From Amoeboaphelidium protococcarum X5 (taxonomy: Eukaryota; Fungi; Aphelidiomycota): a stretch of DNA of 64,000 nucleotides. The notes under the pieces were generated by a model, which was given only the letters and a program-made list of their open reading frames with translations, was not told where the DNA came from and did not search any database. Below, one piece after another: positions 1-13,372 of the stretch. Position 1 is the stretch's first letter. Every line of letters begins with the position of its first letter. A program made the position numbers and the translations under genes. The stretch covers positions 372,001 to 436,000 of the forward strand of contig JALDTO010000146.1 in NCBI GenBank assembly GCA_023515725.1, in the 5' to 3' direction.

Positions 1-1
1 C

Positions 2-157
2 ATTAAAGATAATGGAAATACTTCACCTCCGGTCTCATTCAAGTCTGCATCTGCAATATACTCATTTATGAAGCGTAATAATGAAGTGTCTAGAAAGTAT
101 GATCACATCATGATATACCTGGAATCAATTCACCCCAAATTGTTATCATAAATATGA
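2..157 (+). CDS. 3' end of an unidentified gene truncated by the window edge
   Basis: Frame open from base 2 (IKDNGNTSPP...HPKLLSQI) to TGA at 155-157 with one in-frame TAA; convergent with SPC3. Confidence 0.45.
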
Positions 158-239
158 TTCCTCAAGTTGATAGTGAGTTATAAAAAGATTTAATACAATC
201 TGTAATTTGATATTTATTAGCAAAACGCCATTTCAGTAT

Positions 240-311
240 TCATGCAGTTCTTGCGGTGGAGTATTCAGTTGGTACATCAATAGAGACGATACCTTTACTT
301 GCACCTTTATC

Positions 312-355
<44 letters not shown>

Positions 356-1199
356 GCTGAGACTAAAATAATGATTATGAAGCGGTAAACTCTTGCATGA
401 ATCCAATTTACGGCCCCAGTTCCCATCTCAACTCCAAACTGACATTCTTCAATCCCTTCAGCTCTTCATAATCAGCCTTGACTGCCGCCTTTTACTAGGA
501 AGTTAATGCAATATATCTAGGATCCTTTTTATTCGCACCAGATGGAGCATAAGGTGTCAGAAGATCACTCAGAGGCAAATGACAAACTGGCAGAGCCCAA
601 TGAGAATAGCGGACATTACTCAACTTCTCACCATTGAATACCGCCTGATCAGTCCAATTCTACTTTCGATACTTGGTAGTCTTCAGTGCCGGTATAGACA
701 AGGAGTTGAACAGATCCCCAATGTAATCCATCTCCCTGCTATAGCCCATCTCATTAACATTGATCACCTTGTACCAGACAACCATCTCATTGACAGGCAA
801 AGCCTTAGTAGAATATGACAGCACTAGAGATATGGTCAACTACTTGGCATTCCAAGTCATAGACTGCAGGAAATCCAGACCTCCCTTCTCAGCATAGCCC
901 TTGTTCCTATCTGCGAACGATGGCAAGTATGAACTGAGGTCGGCATTCAACTCCACATCCAGAAATAGATACTCTTTACTCTTGGCATTAAAGTATCCAA
1001 CATCATGTTTACCATGCATCAGCGACACTGATCTGACTTGTATATCGAATCCTTACTACTATTATTATTACTAACGGTGATGAGACACTGAGTACCGAAT
1101 GAACAGCGGATTCAAGAGGGAGACTGCCGCAACGAGAACCATCGCCACAGTAAGTCCATGACTAAACACAGCATTCAACCTCTACCACACAGAGTCCAT
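240..1199 (-). CDS. SPC3: Signal peptidase complex subunit 3 (SPC22/23), 319 aa with insertions
   Basis: TAR=Gln translation: MDSVWQRLNAVFS plus N-terminal TM, LNADL, WNAKQL (Q=TAG), NEMVVWYKVI, LKNVSLELRWELGPQIG; ends at TGA. Confidence 0.85.
312..359 (-). repeat. (CTA)14(CTG)2 microsatellite encoding a poly-Gln tract (TAG x14) in SPC3
   Basis: Read directly; in frame within the SPC3 ORF. Confidence 0.9.
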
Positions 1200-1608
1200 C
1201 TATTCTATAATGAATACTGAAACTACAAAAAGTTGAATTTACTCGACAAGTAGAGATTTGTTTAATTTAAGAGACGCGGCGCTTATGGATGGAACGATCG
1301 CGCGCTGAGAAAAATTCTGAGCTTGATTGAGCCAGAAGGATCTTCGGTGGAAAAGAGCGACCCTGCCAATCCCTTGGTGAATAGATTATCAATATATAAA
1401 GAGCCTTTTTATGCGACTTGTGAATTGTTAATCGTGCAAAAATTTAACATGAGTGTACAGTATCAATGATACAGATACAAAGGTGATAGGTGTAAAGGTG
1501 CATATCGCCAAGTTTAGCAGCCTGAAGCTCAGATGCTTAAAATCATCGTTATACATCAAAGATGCAGCTATGTGACTAGACAGCCGCGAAAAGTCAAATT
1601 GCAACAGT

Positions 1609-3774
1609 TCATTTATTATTCGGATAAAATATCGCCAATGTCGAATTACTATTGAATGAGTGGATGTCGGGTTAACCATCAATCTTTGCCAACTGCAAGT
1701 CTGACTTACACGCCTTCACCACACAGAAGCTCGTGTTTTTACCAGGAAATTCAGAATTGAACGAGCTTTTGGTAAAGTATTTAGCTTGCAGCTTGCGGAC
1801 AAATATGATATGAACCTTTGAACTTGCCGTGACTCTTTCAATCATACCTTTCATTTTTAAGAGATCAATAGGACCATTATTATCTTTTTGATTCGCCAGT
1901 AAGATTAAAATCAGTAGTCAAATCTAGTCGCGTCTGATTTTTAGTTCTATACAAATGACCAAATCTACTATTAGGGATAGCTCGAACGCATTGAGACCAT
2001 TCTTAATTAGGAGGAGCTAGATTTAGAATGATGAAATTCTCCAGTAGATCAACGAGAGCAGATGCATTTTCAGAGAGTAAGTTAATAGCTAGTCCTGTTT
2101 CTATATGTGAGCATACACAGAGCATATAAAATCACGCAGACAAACACCCCCAATTCCATTACTGTGTGAAGCAACGCACAAGGAACTTGCCAAAATTTCT
2201 TCCAAAAACATCCCATCGTTGGATATCTGAATTGCATTATCGTACATCAGTTTCAGCTCATTTGATCTCCGTGATCTTTCAATTTCTTGAACTGCTTAGC
2301 GAAAAGATATATCTCGTCCACTCCCATTACGAAATGGATTAAATTTAAGAGTTCCCATCAAGCAAAGAAACAATAACACATCATCTTCCGGAGTTGGGAA
2401 TGTAATTCTCGAATTCCACTTAGTGCGTTCATCGCTATCCAATGTCATGTCATTCAACAGACGGATGCAAAACTTATCACCCCACTCTATTAGTCTTTCT
2501 TCCAAATGCGCAAAGTGTCGATGAATTAAGGGATAGTTGTGAGTACTGCCATTATTAGTATAATCGTAATTCATATTGAGAAATAAACACACTTGCCCAT
2601 GCCGTCCGAATGGGTTGTCAAATATCTTCTTCTAAGAGATGATACGAAGAGCAATATCTCGGAGCCAGCAATTTATATCTTCCTAACTCATTCCATTACC
2701 GGAGCCATCCTTAAAATTTCGCAAACAATCTCTCGCTATGACAGCAAATAATGGTCTACTAGAGCAAATCAATCCTCGTATCCAATCATCGCACTTTAAT
2801 GGTAATTCAAGAGTGCTAATTCTGACTTTAGGAAGCTAATAGTAAAGCGAACACCAGTGAAAGCTATCCACATCCCGACTCTGCTACTCAATTGACTTAT
2901 CAATAAGATCAACTGCCGTAGAATTAGTTCCCAAAAGTAGCAACCCAAATTTCAAGGCGCGAATCGAATTTCGTAACAAGCGGAGGGTATCATCCTTATC
3001 ACCTTCCCTGATTGAAAATTCGTCCAGAATAACAACAGGATAATTAAGGCAGTTATCGAGTTTTGACCAAACTTGCTAAGCTGTTTTCTGTTCATAGCTG
3101 ACAATAGTAGGTGGCTCTTTATCATTATCTATCAACTGAGCAATGAGACCGAATATGTACAACGACTTTCTGGCAAGACTAGTGCAAGACAATTCGTCAA
3201 CAGTCCTTATACCCAAAAGATCGCGGCGTACACACTCTTGAAAGGCGTGTGATATGTCGGCGTATACACGATACATCGGCTGAGAACTATCTCCAACAGG
3301 GGAGCATACGAGATACATAGTCGTGATCTTGCACCGGGATAGAGCACTCTTCAACGCAAAAGCCAACTACGTCTTTCCCGTACCAGATGAATCCAACACA
3401 AATATAAATGGATGTAGTGCAGATGATGAGCGACTTTTAACAGCTACCAAAGACAGCAATTCGTCTCTCACGCGAACAACCATTGGATCTTTGATTAAAG
3501 CTTCGCCAATTTTCATATAGTGATTATAAGATGAAGCCAGTTCTCCTTCATTCATTAATTTGACGGATGTTGTAAGCGCCGCCGCTTATGAGAAAGGATG
3601 TAGATGATTGTAGATGAATATTCCCTGTAGCCCATAGAGATCCGTACACTGCTTTTCAGTCAAGGATAGAATCTCATCAAATGTAATCGTCCCCTCTTCT
3701 AATTCCTTGACAGTAGATTCCAGCTTCTTACGTTGCAATAGCTAAAGCAGAGAGTCTTTGGTCGGAGTTGTCAT
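1609..3774 (-). CDS. Crinkler (CRN/CR)-type protein: short helical header, P-loop NTPase and PD-(D/E)XK-like nuclease, 721 aa
   Basis: Continuous ORF. Walker A DSSGTGKT(Q), Walker B VVILDEF, LLRNSIRA..LLLGTN, C-terminal RTKNQTRLD...GESKD. Confidence 0.7.
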
Positions 3775-3883
3775 TACCACTTGTTAACAGTTGGATTAGA
3801 ATAGCTTTGAAAATCCGAGCAGCCTCTTTATATCTTTTTATAACCAATCTCTTTGTACATCCGCTCTGTATTATTCATAAAAA

Positions 3884-5188
3884 ATGGTGATACGGGAAGA
3901 CTTTATATAATTTGGACACCGGAGTAGCGTGTAGTTGATTAAGATTGTTGTTGATAATTAATTGCTAGTGAGTTGCGATTCATCTGGATGTATAATTGTA
4001 TGGGATATTAGGAGTGGATAATAGTTGGAGAGTTGGATCTGCGGCGATGGGAGAAGTATATCTTCGGTGCACTGTATCCGTAACCATGTTTAATCTGACG
4101 CGTCTAATAATGATATTAATATCCCCTCTAATGATTTGACTACTGTTGTACATTCCAAATCTGGGGAATTAAGTGTTTATAGGATGTGTAAGTGCATCAA
4201 GGTATTGGATCTATCAAGTACTTTGTCCAAGGTGATAAAGTAATGTGCCGGCTTTTGTCCAATGATCTTCTGTGAAAGCTCTAATTAGACCGAGATTACT
4301 ATCATCTACGCAGCAGATCTTGAAGGTTCCAGTAATTAAGGCCTGGTAGTTGCCAAATTAAACATCTAGGATTTAGAGTTAACATTAATAAAAGCGATTA
4401 TATTCGCTGATTATGAAAGTGGTAATTCTACTACTGATTAGTAAAAGCTGGGGTTGATAACATGCACTGCGTATATTTCGTCAAGCGATGTGTCTGACAT
4501 AGTTATAGTTGGTCATGAAAGTGGACATTTAAGTGTAGTGCTTGAAAGATCAGTGGCTGCGATTATACCACCATCTTTTGAAGAACCGATCATGTAAGTT
4601 GCGGCGATATCTTACAAGTCTTCTAATGATGATAATAAAAAGGGCGCGCTAATAGTCTCCATATTCAGCTTAACCGCTAGTTATCACTTATTGAGGCACG
4701 ATTGTCTGATCCATAATGACAATACTGTTCGAATTGTTGCAAGTTACCAAACATCTGTGCCTTATGCCTCACGTATTGCTGTCACAAAAGAGCAGTCCTT
4801 AGACTCGATGCTGCTGTTTGTCGGGACTCAAAGTGGTAAATTTAAATTATATGAGTCTGTATGTCATACTGCTGATGCTGATAATGTTGAAGATGGTAAA
4901 ATAGATGAAGGTGACGCGTTCATTAAACTGTTTGTCCATAAGCTCAACTTTTCTAATGCCTAGTTGCAAAACTCTCTGCTGGCTCAAGCTAGTAACAGAA
5001 ATGGGAATTCATCATCTGATCTGCGTCAGTATGGTCATGTTTTGGGTGAGTGGCATAAATTGTCCTTGCTTGTCAATGATGGAAGTGATAATGGTGATAC
5101 TGGAGTGTGTCTATTTGTTGGTACTGAAGATGGTTTGATCACAAGATGGAAAGCTACAAGAAATGCATCTATTGCTCCATCACGATGA
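3884..5188 (+). CDS. ASA1: WD40 repeat protein, ASA1/GNB1L-like, 434 aa
   Basis: GHRSSVQ...LLVSCDSSGCIIVWDI, GFCP, VGHESGHL, EEPIM, VGTEDGLITRW; joins ORFs 4691 and 4964. Confidence 0.55.
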
Positions 5189-5956
5189 TTCTATTTTATA
5201 TTCAGTACTCAAAGATTTTATGACTATAACTGTTTAAAATTACAGCTTTTGTGCATTATTTATATCTTGGATTAGTTTATTCTCTTAAACTGTCAGAGAC
5301 TCTGTACCGAGTAGAGCAGATCGAAAACTGCCAGTTGCGCCACTTTATTCGAGACGGTTGAGATTCGCACTTGGGAGAGGCATTAGAAATGTCTAAACAA
5401 ACAGCAGAATACACGTTGCAAACTATAGATTTACTTCCAAGCCATTGTAAGATATAGTGATGACGGTCCATATCAGTGTAATACGAAAACAATTTAACAC
5501 TGACAATGCACAATCCGCAATCATTTAATACTCGGGCTAACTAGTGTATTGCCTACAAATGATATAGTAATGTAAGACAGTTTTACAAAAAAAAAGTTAT
5601 ATGTACCTTAACATGCAGTTGACATCTTCAATGAATGTAAGGTGTAACACAACGCCAAGTTTCGCGTTATTGCGTCTCATCTTGGTAGCATTGGAAAATA
5701 TGGACCATATTAGAAGGATGACGCGTGGCAGTACATCAACAGCCACGGTAATCCTACAAAAGAAACAAGATATTAGAATCCATTCTTTAAACATCGAATC
5801 TTACCAAATACAAACTATCATTAAAAGTGAAAGATTGGCACTGCACGTTGCGTTTACAATCAGCAAGGATATGCATATAAATCTGACTCCTAATGCAATC
5901 AATAAAAATACCACATGGAGTAGCAAGTTCAAAGTTGAAACAGTTTCACTCATCAT
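5180..5956 (-). CDS. Hypothetical multi-pass membrane protein (start uncertain; frame open up to about 6140)
   Basis: About 320 TGA-free codons with several hydrophobic stretches; no recognised motif; 9-bp 3' overlap with the WD40 gene. Confidence 0.3.
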
Positions 5957-6266
5957 CGCGCTTAATAGGATCCTATAGCTAAGGTTAAGGTATCGGTTGA
6001 GGCTGAATTCAATCCCTTATTCAGTGTGGTTTGCGTTGATGGAATACAAAGCTGTTCCATGAGGAGGCGCAGTTATCTCGCTTCGAATTGGATTGTACCC
6101 CTGATTGTTTGAATAGAGTGTCAAGCCTGTAAGTGTAAAAACTCAAAACTATAAAAAGTCCAACTTGCGAATAATATTTTCTACAATTATATATTTAGAA
6201 TATGGTATCTATTGCAATTCTCTTGTCTTTATAAATGGGCAAAGCGCAGCAAAAATAATAGCCTTA

Positions 6267-9200
6267 TCAGTTCTCTGGATTTCCCCATTCAATTTCATCG
6301 TCTTCATTGTCTGAAAACTCAAACTTTACCATGTCATCCACTACATCAGCTTCAATTGATATATCAGAGGTAAGAGGAGGTCCACTCGCCTTTTATTTAC
6401 CAGGCGAGCCAGTGATCGGCTTCTCTTAAGTTGCATTGATTTTCTACTAAACGAGTGTGGCAGAAGCGGAGGTTGTAGCCTTAGTGGCACCTTGAGCAAG
6501 ATATTCACGCTCTAACATGGCATCTAATTCATTCTATGGAATGTCATCATCTGCAACAGCGAATTCATCTCCATCTTCCTAGAATGAATCATTGACGTTA
6601 TACTATTAAGCCGTCATAACAACGTTAGGATCCAACTCAACGGGACCTTGTTTAGCCTCATGCAACAGCTGATCCAGTGTACCATCAGCAACCAGATCTG
6701 GAATAGAGATGGAGCTTTTAATCTAAATTTCTTTTCTCAATTCATTAAATCTAGTTTCCAAATCGTATTTCCCTTTCTATATCTTGGCCACTTCTTCATA
6801 CAAAGCTTCACGATCTTTTAACTAATCGTTCTATTCATCTCCCAGCTCTGGCTCGTTCTAAAGCTCACTCTCTCCCGCTTTCTCATTGGCTACTGACTAC
6901 TGTTACTACTGCTGCACTTTCTACTGATCCATAGACCAAACATCAGTGTGAAGCATTGCTGCTTCCACCTTTATAAGGTTCCAATCCACTCTAGGCACGC
7001 CAGAATATTCAGACAAGCTGTTCTCTTGCCTTAGCTTGTAAATCTCAAGCAGAACATCACCTGCCACCAGCCAGGGAAATGACAACATAGGGTGACCACT
7101 AAAACGCCCTTCTTTGCCGCCTGATTTACTTTACATCTCTCGATAAGAGTGGAATGCGTAGGTGACGTAATATAACGCAGCAGCTTTCCTGTATGCCGAA
7201 GCCATATCTGTGGGATGGTAGCCTCCCAGGGATCTAGTTGCATTCTTACCAGCCTTGAATCCAATCTTCTCCCAGAAAGCAGCGCGAAATATCAGAGCCA
7301 AGTTGCGCAGAATATCAGCCAGACTCTTCTTCAACTCAAACTCCTTCTTGCTCATCCACTTGCTATAATCCATAATTAAACCGGAGATGCACTCAAACTC
7401 GGACCGTATACCATTCTAAGACATCAGTACTTGCACCTCTGCATCCCACTTCTGCTTCAACCACAGAGCCTCAACCAGATATTTTTCAAAATCATTAATG
7501 AGGAACACAGGATTCAAGCGAACGTCATAAGATGGCTAAAAGTTCTTCCAATGAGCATCACGGTACAATTTCCCCAGAGCTTTCTTTGATGGATAAGAGG
7601 GACGATCTCTGCGACCCAAGAAATCTGGATATACCTCGACAGTATAATCGAGCGGATTAAATGGAGCCGGTACACCCGTCTTTGGAAAGTCAACTGCCAT
7701 AGAGTGAAGTTTACTGAGTTGAATGCACTTCTCTGAATGAACACCTTTAAAGGACAGATCAGCATGTATCTTATGAGCCACAGCAATCAGACCCAAATTA
7801 TCGTTCGTGATGTAATCCACCATAAACTCAGCTATATCATCCATAGATATATTGTCCTTCTTCACAGGATTCACCTAATTTTCATAATCCTGAGGATAGA
7901 AATTCTAGAATGGTGGAATCAAATTCTTGTCCCAAGTGACAAAGTAGATATCTCCATCCAGATCAGAACCACTGGCTTCGTTCGGATGAGGTCTTGGTCC
8001 TTTCTGGGGGAACACAATAACGTTTTTATAGTGTTGCAATCTAAGATCATCAATACAGTCCAGAATACGAATATCACCAGGATGTACAGAGGGCATTTTA
8101 GCCATAAGAACAGTTCCTTTGACCACATATTGCCTATTCCCATCCAGATCTTTGGGATCAGAGAATTAAACATACAACTGACCATACTCCAAAGTGTTGG
8201 TCTCATCCAAAACACCCATCAACTAGACACCATTTGGCACAATAATACGCGCCTTCTATTTGACTTCCTTCAGTTTACTACACTAGTACAGATGAAGGAG
8301 GTTGCGCACAAAAACATCTTCCTGACTCTTTACACCAGCATGCAACATTTTACACAGCACAAGAAGAGTCTCATTTTCACTTGCATGAGGCCGTATAGTC
8401 TCCAAAGCGACAGTGGAACTACTCTAAATAGCTTCCAACTTCTCCTACATGGCTCTTTGCAGATCCATAAATACGTTATCTCGCACCTACATCGAGGACA
8501 GCAGCGTGATAATCTAATGATTAAGATACGCCGGAGAATAAAGAGATGTTCTTATAATGTCCAGCGAAGACTAATGGGAGGTGATGAACTTTTTCTAACT
8601 TGGTCTGAACTAGACCAATGCGTCTTGATCACTAATAGTTGGATCCACAGCCAGAACTCCTTTATATCCTCCCATACGCACCTAAAAGGCAGAAGGTATT
8701 TCAATCAACTACATAGCATTGGCGATGGCTTTAGCAATAACAGGAGAAATCTTTCCAATACCATCCGAAAAGTTATACCCATTTCTCTCAATATCAGGAA
8801 TCTCAATAACTTTCTGGGACTCTATATTTACAGGTGTGGTTGATGAAAAACACTAACCCAATCTGGCAGCGAACTTGGCTACAGTCTTAATATTACTAAA
8901 GTCTCCCATCCAGTCGCGTATGGTCTGAGCGGTAACCATCTTGGACGGATCATCTAAATCTGCACAAGCACAAAAGAACCAGCAAGAATGACTACGGAGT
9001 TGACTGCTAGAGAATGCCAAGAATTCATACTCTCTGCCAGCGATATTCAATTTCTTTTTCAGAACCAGAGAGATGCGCTGCGTCAAGTCTGAAGACATTC
9101 GCGGACCATCCAGGAATTTGGACAATGACTCTTCAGTGAACGCAACGCGCAGAAAATAATCTTGATATCTCTAGTAATGTCTCAGCACACGATTACCAAG

Positions 9201-11021
9201 CTCTACTGAAGGTGGCAAGGCGATGATACGGCGGGGGGTCACGACAACTTTCCGAATCTGCATACAATGAGGAGGAAGGAGCTTATGTTTATTCTGAGAC
9301 CATTCCAGCGCCTGCTTCTTACAAGCCTCAAAATCTTGCGCCGGGAAAAAGAGCCTCTTCTTTTGCAAGTAAAACAACTCCAATACAGCTTCTACCACCT
9401 TATCATCGTTCTAAACCAAGTGCTTCTAAATTGTCGCCACAAAGTACGGCGTCAGAATATACTTTGACACAATATCTTGCGCGCATAAACCATGCAGTCG
9501 ATACAGAATGGCAAAAGGCAATTTTCCAATAAGTGAATCCAACGTGACAAGATCAAAAGGCAACGTGGTATACAATTTCATAGGCTTTTCAACGTTCTGC
9601 ATCACAAATTCCTACTAATGATACTCGAGATCCATCAACTCTGACCTCTTGGGCGGCAATATGCTGCTGGATTTCTTTTGCAACAAATCGCCATTGTACA
9701 TTTAGTTCCATTTAGAGAGGAGGTTCTACAAATTTACGGCAGAATTTTTCAACTCGAATCTGTAAATCCGGTGACTGGTGAAATCTATCTAATCATATTG
9801 AGCACCACCTTCCTCTTCAGGATTTCCAGGCAGACCAAGAACGCGTACCCATACCATCTTCTCCTCCCTCTTCCACTACCATATCCCATGCTCTTCCACT
9901 ACACCCTGCTCACCTCTGTACAGGCGAGGACAGTTCTTCAAATCAACAACCAACCAAGTCTTGCAATTTAGTTTTTAGTCAATATCAGGCTGGGCATCAC
10001 TTTTGATATCTTACTCATCATTGGGCTAATTAAAAGAGTTGTTATCATGACGGTCTTGAGCACTATTCCCATCTTAACCATTAAACGATAGACACTTGGC
10101 CAACTCTACAGGATCAGATGTCTCCAACCACATCTACAACACTTCACTGAATCCGAATTCCATCTTGAAATATTCAACCTTTTCCACTGGTATCTGGTCA
10201 TCTTTATCTCTCTAAGAATTCTAAGCACTTTCAGAAGAATCTGGCAGTTATTATTATAAAATAGAAGCTCCAGATTTCAGCTTTAGAAATACCTACCAAC
10301 GCTTCGTGGACTCGTTTGGTCTAACGCAGAGGAACGGCTCATCTCGTATTGCAATAGGAGAGAAGAGAGCATTAGGTTCAACAAGAGTTCCAATCTAGAT
10401 ACTATTCACTAAGTAAGCACCAGCGATAGAAGAAGTGGTGAACAAGTCCTCATTAAAAATGGCATCTTCGCCAATTTCCAGACCAGATTGATCATCCGGA
10501 GAGACAATGGAGATCTTCATAGTCTTACCTAAAATCCTCCGAGCCTTTACATACAGACTTACACCATTATCCTTACCAGCATCAACACCGCCACCGCCAC
10601 CACTTTCAATAAGAGCTTTATCAAAAATATTGGTAGGGAATCCTTTAAAGGTCAGAAAAGCAGTCGTTTTACTTCTATTAGTGACATTGTCGTGAAGAAC
10701 TTGCACCTTGATCAAGTGGCCAAATTGTTCAAAGTGATCGTGCAGATCAATGGCGCGTACAGTCTGCGGGAAATTCTACACTCTAAATCTATAGTACTTT
10801 CCTCCAGCCTCACCAGACTCTATCTGCTCTTGATACTGTTCATACTCCGAAGATCCAGTTGGTGCAATGGTGGACAACTGAGACTCACCATCAAACTCTG
10901 CAGAATACATATCTCCTCCATAAGTACTACTACTACTATTACCATTCGTTCCGGAAATATCATCAATCCTATACGCACCTCCAATACCACTAGATGGCAA
11001 GTATGGTTTATAATAACTCAT
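6267..11021 (-). CDS. Eukaryotic RNAi RNA-dependent RNA polymerase (QDE-1/RDR family) with N-terminal RRM-like domain, 1584 aa
   Basis: NRVLRHY, FLAFSSSQLR, WMGDF, KFAARLGQCFS, PSVHPGDIR, RPHPNEASGSDLDGDIY (catalytic DxDGD at about 7950-7964), LHSMAVDFPKTG. Confidence 0.95.
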
Positions 11022-11229
11022 CTTTAATCAAATTTGTCAACTTTGATCAGTATTGTCAAGTGTGTGGCTTTAACAAGAAGAAGAAACCGATCAAGATCCT
11101 TTTGAAAGGCGACGCGACAAATCACTAACAGAAGTCGTTTGCCATTATCAGTCGAAGGCATACCGTGTACATGATGATAGTAAAGGTACACATTATAAAG
11201 AGGAACAAAAGAAAAATTTAATCAATATA

Positions 11230-12762
11230 TCATTTATTTCTATTTAAAACGCTGTCACATAATGCATTCAGAGCAGCGACCGCTTCACTCTTTGGGAATA
11301 CAGAAAGGCTATTCTTGGCTTCATTTACGTGCCACAACGCTAAATCTTTCGTTCTCTTATAAGCAGAAGAGGAGTCTATGAACTACATGATTGTAGGAAT
11401 TTTCGACTGCCAGTCTGGGGATTTCTAACTGATATCAATCACATCCTAGAGTAGCTCTGGGTGATCTAAGCAGGAGTACAGCAGTGGAGCAGTAATTATG
11501 CCGTTCTGTAGATCCGCTCTTGAAGGTTTACCCAACTCACTTGATGATCTCGTATAATCAAGCAAATCATCCATGATCTGAAATGAAAGTCCGAGATGTC
11601 TTCCATATTGAAAGGCGCATTGTTCCAGCGCTTTATGCTAATTCAAAGAAAATCCCAAATCATCGCATTGCTGGTGTAATTAAACAGAGGCCAAACATGC
11701 TTGAGCCATCAGTGAAGCAGTTTTAAGATAGCTTTTCTGAACATAGACGGCAAATAGATTCTAAAGCTACACTGGAACATTCTAATCTGCGCCAAACCTG
11801 GAATCATAAATCTAATCTGGACTATATTCATCACCCAGCGCCAACATTTCAACAGGAGCGCGGTTGAAACCATCGTATGTGCAATTCCCGTTGTACATTT
11901 ACAACACCTCTCCCTCCACCAGTGAGCCAATAATATTAGCCACGCTCTCAACCACTGCCAGATTTCCAAGACCAGCCAGAGCTACAGAGGCGCGACTAAG
12001 CAGATAATCTCCACAGAGGATTGCCAGTTTATTACCATTCTCCAGCTTGTACCTAATAACTTCTTCATTCTATTCATTTCTCTAGGTAAGTGCTGTTACT
12101 TCATCGCGAGTGTGTAGAGCTGGCAATAAGCGACGCGTATTACTTTTATCCAGCACGTCATCATGTATTAGTGAGGCGGTATGTATCAACTCAATAATAC
12201 TAGCCAGTGTTTAGTGTTTCCTCCAACTAAAATTCGTCTACTATTACTAACGATCAGGGATGGAGGCGCGTCCAAATAGCATAACCAAAAGCGGACGCAC
12301 CTGCTTACCCTCAGAATCGAAATAGTACTTGGCCATAGTGTCCAGGAGAGGGTGATCGCATTCGATCAGAGATTTGATATTGTGCATCAGGAAGGATAGA
12401 TCAGTGACACCGTTACCCACTTTAGAAGTACCATTAGGGGAACTGACTTTGTCGAGTAGTGAAGAAGATACGGTCGATGCAGATCGCTTCTAATCAATAG
12501 TCTGCAGAGTAGGATAATAAAAGAATTCATTCATAAATTTACCAGCCTAATCAGTACTTTAACATCGCTTAACGAACGATGATATCAGATAACTCGAATT
12601 CCCGGATGATCTTTTACTAATAATCTACTGATATGCAAGTTTGGTCGCTGCAGATTACACGCCAGTCCATAAACTCTTTCCCTATTTTATATCAGATGAA
12701 TGTCCCAATACAACACCCTCTGCCAATCGCAATGCTTCAGTCCAGCTTTTGCTTTTCGTCAT
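11230..12762 (-). CDS. COQ1: trans-Polyprenyl diphosphate synthase (Coq1/PDSS), 510 aa
   Basis: HPLLDTMAKYYF..GKQVRP, FARM ELIHTASLIHDDVLD, NKLAILCGDYLLSRA, SARM FQIMDDLLDY, GKP...DLQNGIITAP. Confidence 0.9.
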
Positions 12763-13372
12763 TATTGTTATCTACGGAGTGCTATTTAAAACTACGCGAA
12801 ATATTTCACGAAGATTAAAGCGCGTCGCGTATCAAAAGGGGATAAAAACTTTCAAGTTTACAATAAGCTCAAATTTTGATTTCTTATTCTACCAGATGAT
12901 TAGAAACTAAGACAGAAATGTTTGTATTAGAAAAACATAAAACTTTTATGCCATAATGTAATGATGGACTTTACTAGATTGAATTTGTGGCGATCTTTAG
13001 GTTCTCTTAGTTCTCATGACGAGTTTCGGTTCATCGTCGGATTCATGGCGCCAAAGTAGATTAATTTCCCTCAATCAATAGACTTTTTCATGCATACTAA
13101 GCCATGATTTTGTGTAAATTAGTATTAAATTCTACCTAAATGTTCCCTGTAGTAACCAATCTCAATTACATCACTGCGGATGGTGATGGATGACGAGTGG
13201 ATGATCGTTGTTGATTTGTTGTTGTTTCAGGCGCGGGCCGTTTCACAAAGAAATTGTTTGAACGAAATCTTCCATTGTCCCTTTTCTCTCATCTTCTTCA
13301 TTCAAGTGATATACTAGATTATCTGTACAGCCTTATAGATTATTATCCATTTAAACTTTTGATAGTGTTAGA

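Noticed and set aside
7737-8843. 368-aa plus-strand ORF
   Set aside because: Antisense shadow of the RdRP catalytic region with no motif. Most other short ORFs in the track are likewise shadows or fragments.
6267-11021. RdRP as an endogenised RNA virus
   Set aside because: It has the DxDGD motif of cellular RNAi polymerases, not viral GDD palm motifs.
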